Positions 55,311 through 64,000 of a stretch of DNA of 64,000 nt are shown one piece after another. The position numbers and the translations under genes were made by a program. The stretch is from contig NW_026935164.1 of NCBI RefSeq assembly GCF_032062105.1, forward strand, positions 558,001-622,000. Direction: 5' to 3'. Under the pieces are notes generated by a model. The model was not told the origin of the DNA, did not search any database, and saw only the letters and a list, made by a program, of their open reading frames with translations. The stretch's first letter is position 1. Each line of letters begins with the position of its first letter. The stretch comes from Saccostrea cucullata. Lineage: Eukaryota.

Positions 55311-57629
55311 GATGGAAACAACATAGACAACACGTGGGGTAACATCATGGACTGTCTTTTGCTTCTGCAGCAAATGAGACACTGTAATATAGGAATGTGT
55401 GAAAGAGGAATGGCTAACATCTGAAACATTAATCCCTGTTGACAGGGATTACTGAAACATGGACTCTAATATCAGAGAGAAAGAAGATCAAATCACAGAT
55501 CTTAGACTGCAAAGACAACTCGAAGCAGGAAACTCTATTATTCAAGTCCTACAAGGAAAAAGAAAAAGAAATCAAAAGGAGTGCGAGGCGAAACATGCAG
55601 AAGTGTATATAATACAATCTGAATAGGGCTGAGGATGCAGCAAGGACTGGAAATATTGAAGAACTCTATTAGAACACCAAACTGATGTCTGGCAATTTAC
55701 CAACAATTATTCAAATGTTGTGAAAGACCAAGATGGCAACATCCTTTCGAAGGACAGTGACATCATGGTAAGATGGACAGAACATTTTAGTTCAGTTCTG
55801 AATAGAGGAAACCCAACTCATTCACAAGATATCGAAATCGATAACAACAACACAGCAGAACTTGACATCAGTGTGGAGGAAATACGTGTAGAGGAAGTAC
55901 CGAAAGCCATCAGAAAGATGAAAGACAACAAAGCTGCAGGAGTAGATGTCATCCCAGCAGAATTACTAAAAGCAGACATTAAAACAACATTAAAAGTTAC
56001 ATATAAACATATTTTTCCAAGACATTTGGAGAGCCAACATAGTACCAACGAAGTGAAAAAATTGACTAATTATTAAACTACCAAAAAGGGGAGATAAATC
56101 AGAGTGCAAGAACTGGCGTGAAATCACACTTCTACTCACAATAAGTAAAGTGTTTACCAGAGTGCTTTTAGAGAGAGTGAGACGACAGATCAATGCACAA
56201 CTGAGGAAGTAACAAGCAGGGGTTGGACAAGGAAGATCTTGTTCGATCAAATTTTTGTATTACGGAACACCATAGAGCAGTCAATAGAATGGCAGTCTTC
56301 TCTATACCTTAACGTTGTAAACTTTGAAAAGGTGCTTAATACAGTACAGGAAAGTCTATCAAAGCTTTTGATACTTTATGGCCTACAATCGAAGATGATT
56401 GACATCATCAGGGTACTGCACGAAGGATTCCAGTGTAGTGTAATGTTTGACAATGCTCGAACACTGTGGTTCCCAGTAACTTCGGGATTGAAACTAGGCT
56501 GTATGTTATCGCCTCTGCTCTTCTAGTGGCCATAGATTGTCTCATGGGGGAATCCAACAAAGATATGGATAACTGCGTCAGACGGAGAATGGAAAACAAA
56601 CTGGATGATCTGTATTATGCCGACGAACTATGTCTCATCTCATCCACCTATCAGCAAATCTAGGAGAAAACATCCAAAGTCCATACAACATCTAGAAGTT
56701 TAGGCTTAAAGATCAACTTCAAGACAAAAATAATGAGAATCAATGCACGGAATAACAACCCCTTACATGTAAATGAAGAGCATTTGGAAGATCTAGGCAC
56801 CTTCACATACAACATCAGAAGGTACTGACGAAGACATTACATCAAGAATCAACAAAGCCTGTCATGTGTTTGCAATCTTGAATCCAGTTTGGGCCTCCAT
56901 ATATGACCATTAGGACAAAGCTCAGGATTTTCAAAAGTTATTTTAAATCAGTACTTCTATATTGACAGAATGCTGGAAGCTCGGATCGAAAGACCTCGCA
57001 AGGAAACTGTGAATGTTTGTGAATCGATGCCTACGAACCATATTCAAGATCAGATGGAAAAAATTAGTCTCCAATAATGAGCTCGGAGAGATGTTAGAAC
57101 AAGAAGACATTGAGGTGGAAATTGTACGAAGAAATTGGAGATGGGTTGGCCATGTGCCCAGAAAATATCAGCACAACATCACCAGAGAGGGCATATTTTG
57201 GACGGTTGATGGCAAGGGGAAGGAGCAGACCAAAAACAACATATCTAAAGAATATCAGAGAAAGAGATAGGGATGGCATGGGAGGGAATAAAAACAAAAT
57301 CAAAAGATAGGACTGGGTGGAGGGACTGTTTGGCTGTTGGCTGCCTTATGTGCCACCTGGCATGAAGAGGGCTAAGTAAGTACGTAATCCAATATACTCC
57401 GGTAAAACTGATCGCCCGTTGTGGCCCTGTCTAACCGAAGCAGCCATGATTCGTATAAACTTGAATCTACACTACTAGAGGATGCTTGCATGTATATAAA
57501 TATGACCAGTTCTTATTAAGGACCACAAACATGCTCTAAGGAATACTTGTTTAGTAGAACCTTTTGCATCTGGTTCGCCAAGGGAATGCTATATCACAAC
57601 CAAAACACTTGCTTTACATTATGAAATTC

Positions 57630-57915
57630 ACCTGCGTGGCGCGATGATAACATCTGCTAGATAGAGTCGTGGAGTAAGCCGTTGACCCTACCTCGCAGGT
57701 TAAAATTCCACTGAACGACGTGGAAGCTGGTCCTTCGAATCAGACCATATTAGCCGAGGTGTCGCAGTAGGTGTCGACACAGAAATGATCCCTCACTGCT
57801 CAATGGTCCTAACTGCCGAGTATAAGTCAAATTTTGCAGATCTCCACTTGCAAGTGGTGGCGTCCCCATATGCAGTGAAAAATTCTCGAGAGAAACGTTA
57901 ATCGATATTCAAACA
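57630..57915 (+). mobile_element. Diverged copy of the tRNA-derived SINE
   Basis: Colinear with 60546-60856. Confidence 0.75.
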
Positions 57916-58099
57916 AAATCTAATGAAATAGTTCATGTCCGTTTCCTTAACTTTGGTGAGGAAGCCAACCATTTACCTAGTTACAGTAATTGGACAACTC
58001 AGTAAAGTTAGAGTGGTGGAGTCACAAGAAAAGTTCATGTACATGTATACATCAAGCAAATCGACGTAATAAAGACCTGATTCGGTGGCTATGCTGGAG

Positions 58100-58770
58100 A
58101 AAACTTTAGGCCACTTGACAGAAAAGCAGAAAAGGGAAGGTAATATTTTTTTAAATATACCAATCTATTCGCAAAGTCAGAAAAAGATTTAGGACATAGG
58201 GGTCTCGATTGTCAATCACAGGATTGAACTTGAGGGACATCATTCTATCGAAATACTCACATGAAAAGTTCCAGTTCATCTAAAGAGGAAATTACATATA
58301 CTTATTTGTAAGAGGTGTGATTGAGCAATGGGCAGGTCATTGTCTGTACCTATTTTGTTAGTAAAAAAAAAGAAACGGACTGCTTCTGCATTGATTACAA
58401 TAAATTAAATAGCTGTACAATAAAAGATGCAACACTCTCAACCAAATATAGGTGACTCACTGGATTAGTGCATGGAATGGTAGCTTGGGGTTCTTTAACC
58501 TAGACCTTTGCTCGGAATATTGGCAGAAAGAGATATATCCAGAAAACGAAAACAAGACAGCGTTTGCTACACATTGTGGACTCCCCTAATAAATTCAATA
58601 CTATTCTGCTTATCCTGTGATATACTACATCATCTGAGCGCCTATTGGAAATTTTTTTGACAGCTTTCGGCTGAGATATCTATTTTGTCTACCTAGGTGA
58701 CGTTTTTTTGGAAATGTAAGCAAACCTTAGAAAGGTATTTGACACGAGCGAGGAAGGTGTAGTAAACGAC
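58100..58770 (+). mobile_element. Decayed Ty3/Gypsy reverse transcriptase fragment
   Basis: FCIDYNKLNSCTIKDA, FFNLDLCSEYWQ, KTAFATHCGL and YLGDV in shifting frames. Confidence 0.72.
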
Positions 58771-58774
58771 CAAG

Positions 58775-59040
58775 ATTGATTGATTGTATGTTGTTTAACG
58801 TCCCTCTCGAGAAATTTTCACTAATATGGAGACGCCACCTCTTGCCGGTGGAGAGCTGCAAATTGAGTCCTATGCTTGGCACTCAGGGCCATTGAACAGA
58901 AAGGATCTTTTTCGTGCCAGCACCTACTGCGACACGGAAACTCGGTTTATGCGGTCTCATCCGAAGGACCGGTCCCCTCGTCCCACAGTGGATTTGAACC
59001 CACGACGTAAGTATTGACTCCTTACTTCGCGACTCTAGAT
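58775..59040 (-). mobile_element. 5'-truncated copy of the tRNA-derived SINE
   Basis: Reverse complement of ~60578-60856. Confidence 0.82.
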
Positions 59041-59399
59041 AAGAAACAGTCAATTAATGGCCATTACCAACAAATGTCACTGAAGTACGCTCGTTTCTCT
59101 TTCTCTTCTCTTAGAATAATCAGCTTTAACCAGAGCTTTATTAAAGACTCTATAGCTCGACGAAGCCTCAAGTGAGGTTTTCTGATCGACATTTGTCCAT
59201 TGCCTGTCGTTGTCGTTGTAAATTTTTCACAATTTTACATTCTTCTCCAGAAACCAGGCCAATACCAGCCAAACTTGGTACAAAGTATCTTTGGGTAAAG
59301 GTGATTAAAGTTTATTAAAAAGAAAGGCTACGACCTTTTCCAAGGGAAGATCATTACTATTATATGCGGAAGTATATGTCTACGTTACCTAGAAAAGGA

Positions 59400-60480
59400 A
59401 GGTGGTCAATGTACCATATTTCATTCATGATCATGTCCTCCAGGTAGTAGAAACAGCTAAATACCTGGGAATCCACCTTCATGAAGGCCTGAAGTGGGAC
59501 CACTACAATGACACCATTGCAAAAAAGCTGCCTTTTTGGCGACGCATTTTACATCAGTGTCAATTGGATCAAGTGATTGATTGTATGTTGATTTACGTTC
59601 CATCTGAGATGTCCCCTTATACGGGTAAAGGGGCTTTAAATTTTGACCTTTACTCGACACTTACAGCCATTGATCATTAAGGAATCTTTCTTGTGCCAAC
59701 GTCTACCGTGCCATAGGGCCTTGGTTTTTAAGGTCTCATTCACAGGACCCAAAACTTTCATTTAAAGGTGGCAGGTACATGGAGAGGGAACAGATGCTAC
59801 CCATTTTTTATTGACTAAGGTCATTCGCGGCCGAGATTCGAACTTGAGACCTTTCGCACACGGAGCGACCGCTCTTTGAGCTACCGTGCCGGTAGTTACG
59901 TCCATTGGAAACAAAGGTCCTGTGCTATTAGAACTTAGTTATGCTCAACGTATAATACGGGAACATCATATGGGATCCCTACAACAGGGACATTGCTAGC
60001 AAACAGGAGATGGTTCAAAGACGAGCAGCCCGAATGGTCAAGTCTGATTAAAGGACAACTAGCAGCGTATCAGACATGCTTAGATGGACATCTCTTCAGG
60101 AGCAACGTGGTCGAGCAAAAGCTATTATGATGTACTGCATAGATACTAGCTTGTTGTCATTCCATCATTACTCCTGTTTCCAACCACTACAACCAAGAGA
60201 AACAGCATTATATTTCTGGTTCCTTACGTCAGAACCTAAGTATACCTGAAATCTTTCTTCCCTGATGGTATACGGACGTGGAATTCTCTACCAACATCCC
60301 TGGGAACAAGAACATTCCTAAACAACTTCAAATCTAAGTTACTTAGCCACACCATCCGTCCTTAAACCAACAGAATTATTCTAGATGCACTACATAATTT
60401 TTTATTTCACATTGTTTTCCGTGCACCACCATGCGCCAGTACGAACAGGTAACTGATCTGTACTTTATTTGAAGAGGAAT
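59400..60480 (+). mobile_element. Decayed CR1/L2-group LINE 3' fragment
   Basis: AKYLGIHL...LKWD, WDPY, EMVQRRAARMV, SSVSDML, SFFPDGIRTWNSLP with stops; interrupted by a SINE. Confidence 0.75.
59572..59893 (-). mobile_element. tRNA-derived SINE, second subfamily
   Basis: B-box (gagattcgaac) near 59835 and (gatt)n tail near 59575. Confidence 0.7.
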
Positions 60481-60545
60481 TTCATCTGAGCAATTTTGTT
60501 AACATAATTTAGCATACAAATCACGTAACCTTCACAACCAACCAA

Positions 60546-60856
60546 GTCGCCCGCGTGGCGCAGTGGTTAGAGCGTCTGCTCTAGAGTTGCGGAGTAAGGA
60601 GTCAATCCTTACGTCGTGGGTTCGAATCCCACAGTGGGACGTGGAGACCGGTCCTTCGGTTGAGACCGTATAAACCGAGGTCCCGTGTCACAGAAGGTGC
60701 TGGCACGAAAAAGATCCCTCCCTGCTCAATGGCCCTGAGTGCCGAGTATAGGACAAAATTTGCAGCTCTCCACCGGCAAGTGTTGGCGTCTCCATATGAG
60801 TAAAAATTTCTCGAGAGGGACGTTAAACAATGCTGTATACAATCAATCGATCAATC
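60546..60856 (+). mobile_element. Full-length tRNA-derived SINE (V-domain-like core), likely source copy
   Basis: A box tggcgcagtgg, B box ggttcgaatccc, core ggtccttcggttgagaccgtataaaccgaggtccc, (caat)n tail; 11-bp TSD cacaaccaacc (60533-60543, 60857-60867). Confidence 0.88.
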
Positions 60857-61092
60857 CACAACCAACCTGCGTCAGGATAAAAAAAACTGGTATCTGAAGT
60901 ATAAAATATAAGTCCTTTGAAACAATACAAATCAAGAGAAGAAGAAACCAGGACTTGTCATTAATTTTATTATAAATAAAGAGAATCTGAACATTATGAT
61001 ATTATCGTATTCATAGTACACTTAGTTTGCAACAGACACTGCTCATGGTGCTATTGCTGTTGTATTGGTTAATTCAGTTTATTACTCATATC

Positions 61093-64000
61093 TTAAACGT
61101 ACGTTGTGGTCTTTTCTCTCTCCAATTCTTCATTTTCTTTACAGAATGGGAGTGAAGGGAGCAGGAATTCAGGTTGAACAACGCTTATATCTCCTTGTTC
61201 TTTACTCGTACTGAGTGTGTTGTGGATTTCATGGTTGAACAAAACATGTTTCTTACTCTTAATACATCTGCTTGCTATATTTTTAAGTAACGTCTTCATA
61301 ATACTTTTCGATTCTTCTTCTTTCACGACTGGCAGTTCTGGTAAATGAAAGTATATGCTATCATTACAACTTTCACTTTGGCACGACATCCGTCTTCCAT
61401 AAGTGTGAGACTGCCTTCGCCGTGAAAATGTGGTCTGTTGATCATGATGACGTATTATATCTGGCTCTTCGTGATTGGCTATATCTTGCACAATCATCCG
61501 GGTCTCTTTATCATAATGAACGCCACCTACTGCATGTTCTACAATATCAGAGCCTATTATTTCTTCTTCAAGTGTCACTCTGAGACCAACAGTAACTTGG
61601 ATCAGCTTCAGAAATATGTAAGACATTATTATCGTCCAAGCACATATTGAAACTACAGCCACTGCTTGTATCCCGAGTTGATAAAACTGACCAGACTATA
61701 AGAAAATGCAGGAAATAAAACCTTTTTAACAAGTGATACTGAACAGAATCAATCAAATGAAGCTTTTTTCAAAGTTTCAAGTGACATCAGTTGGTATAGA
61801 AAACGTACATAAACTAGCCCTGTGCGTACTCGTTGTAGCTGTAAGGCATCAGCCAGTTCGTCTTTTTCGGTCAACAACCCAGATGCCAGAAGACTGAACA
61901 TCCCACTCGCTGCATGTGTTCCAACACAACCTAAAATTGAAATATAACTTAGATTTGATATTTCTCACCTATTTGCGGCGATCTTCCATTAGTACTAAGT
62001 ATGCAGGCATAGTGTGATGATTCATTTCGGTATTCAGGTGTATTATCGTTTTAAAATTTGCCTCTGTCACATACTTGTCGTAAATTCCTTTTGATGTTTT
62101 AGAGTGTTGGATGGAATTGTGATGTCACATATGCACATTGTAATACTTATAATAAAAGCTTCATCCACCATTATATTTCATAGACGGTACTTAAAGCAGT
62201 AATTCTGTCAATAACCATAAAAACCAGTGATTCATGTATTATGGAAAAATATAAAGTTAAAGAGGTAGAGACAAGAGTCTAAAAGATGCATCAAAGTTTC
62301 CTTTTGACAGTGTAAATGCTTTGATGCTAAAAAAAATACATATAATTGTTATGTTTGATTATACATTGCACATAAACATGGCTATTGAGTCGTACTCACC
62401 AACTGGGTCATCTATTTTTAGCTTATCTAGCAAAGCGCAGACTCCATTGGTGATCAGGCTTGCGCAAACTCCAATGACCATAGCTTCCCAAGGTTTAGCA
62501 AGGGCACAGCTTGCTGTGTTATAAATATGCAGTACTTTATACCAACTCAGAAACGTTTCACAGAAATATATTTGTATTCCTATCTTTAATCAGATTTACT
62601 TTTCCGATGGCACATTTTATCCTATAAAATTTTATTTTCATTTAATCGACTAAAACTCTAGATAAAAAACGTTCTTACCAGTAATTCCAACAAGTGAACC
62701 CAGAATGCCATTGATAGTATATACTACGTCAAATCTTCTGTTTTTGAAAATATAACTGAAAAAAAAAATATTGCATGTTCAGAACAGTAGGTAAAATAGA
62801 GTAACCTCAGCATAAACTTGTGATTTACATCTTTTAACCCCCTTTATTACGTGAGTCTTTTACGTTACAAGATCATTTAATTCTGCTCATACATACCAAA
62901 TAAATATGGGGAAAAATAACAGTATGATATATGGTAGTGTAGAATTTTAATTACTTGGGTTGGGCCAAAATAAGTATGGAAAGGGGGAAATTTGTTGAAG
63001 AACAGCATGGCCATAGTTACTCAAAAGAGCGATGGGCCTCTTGTTTAAAGAAAAATAATCCTTATAATTTTTGTCACCTTGGCCGTTTCATGAAAAGGGG
63101 AACTAGAATGTTATAATAATACAAATCACAACAAAGATTGATTTTTAAATCGTTGACATTCATTTAAACAAATAATTACTGGAAGTTTTAAAAATTCATG
63201 CAGAAATCCTCAGAATACATGTATTTTCATTTATTCACAAGGGACCAAAATCAGAGAATAAATAGGGGCTGAGTTCTAACTCAAATACAGGTCTGTATCT
63301 TGGGATTTCATTTCATAAAGTACCGGGTATTAATTTTCCACATTGTAATTAAACAGTTTGCATGCACTTAGAGCTCTATTACGATTAAAAATAATTCTGA
63401 ATGCCATAACTCTGGTTATGAATTTGTTTATCGATATTATTTGTTAGCATCTCATCAGTTTAGTGTGTATTATGTGAAACAGCGAGATTATTATTTGTAA
63501 TTCCTTCCTTGTTCTCGTATTCAGTCCTTAAATGAAGAACTTCACACATACCTGGTATCTAATTTCTAAAAAAAAAATTGCACGAAAAATAAATGAATTT
63601 GTTTTAACTAAGATTCTCTTGTTGTTATTGTACGTTCTTCTTACTTCTATGGATCACAAATTTTTCGCGAAACCTTATTTACGCGAGGTAGACATTAACT
63701 CAATATAGCGAGACAAATTTTTCACGAATTGTGGTTACTGCTCTATATTATCTTACGGAACACTAATATATGCAAGACTGATATTTTCGCAAGTACCTTG
63801 TCTCGCGTGATTACGCGAAAATTAAATTCTCACGAATTAAAAGTGATTTACACAAATTGCATGGAATGGAATAAAAATTCTTAGAAAGGTATAAAGATAT
63901 CTGTAATGCATGATCTAGAATTTCAGTTTCTTAGTAAATAAGGGAAAGTTGAAATCATGTTTGTCATACAATGCTACTACCTGGTCATAATCCCCACAAT
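61093..64000 (-). CDS. amt: Ammonium transporter (Amt family), 3' exons only; gene continues beyond the window
   Basis: Exons near 64000-63981, 62756-62680, 62514-62400, 61931-61808, 61695-61093 encode INGILGSLVGIT, CALAKPWEAMVIG, LKIDDPVGCVGTHAASG, GLRVTLEEEIIGSDIVEH. Boundaries approximate. Confidence 0.9.

Larger units (their letters stand above)
52900..57380 (+). mobile_element. Decayed RTE-clade LINE, interrupted by a SINE and a TIR element
   Basis: EN end SADINSNHILIRAKI; RT motifs RWTEHFSSVLNR, KAAGVDVIPAELLK, LPKKGDKSECKNWREITLL, DQIFVLRNTIEQSIEW, GCMLSPLLF, YADE, WRWVGHV, with many stops and frameshifts; 3' tail taagtaagta. Confidence 0.88.

Noticed and set aside
60546-60640. tRNA-like fold with a CTA triplet in the loop (possible amber suppressor or Sec-like tRNA)
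   Set aside because: It is the head of a multi-copy SINE with an irregular anticodon loop and no proper acceptor stem or terminator.

Overview
AT-rich, intron-containing animal genomic DNA. The repeat families (Cg170-like satellite in Helentron/HINE elements, tRNA-derived SINEs, many MITEs) point to a bivalve mollusc, most likely an oyster. Nine protein-coding genes can be assembled by hand: a GT32 glycosyltransferase (-), PSMA4 (+), an MSP130/choice-of-anchor-I-like secreted protein (+), GPN2 (-), LINS1 (+), GLMP (-), an uncharacterised ~355-aa multi-pass membrane protein (+), STOML2 (-), and the 3' part of an ammonium transporter (-). Six of them form three head-to-head pairs. Introns and the 48-61 kb interval are packed with nested, non-autonomous transposons and decayed retroelements (RTE, CR1/L2-like, Gypsy). 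The most notable observations are: (i) a 3.8-kb fold-back element with CAC...GTG termini and a perfect 5-bp TSD (Transib/RAG-transposon signature); (ii) an apparent local source-daughter SINE pair with 3' transduction; (iii) an msp130-like gene from a family of proposed bacterial origin; (iv) a TTAA-flanked element carrying at least seven RFX X-box-like palindromes; (v) a MITE nested inside a copy of itself. No CRISPR array, rRNA or convincing functional tRNA was found. All exon models and TE superfamily calls were made by eye, without database searches.
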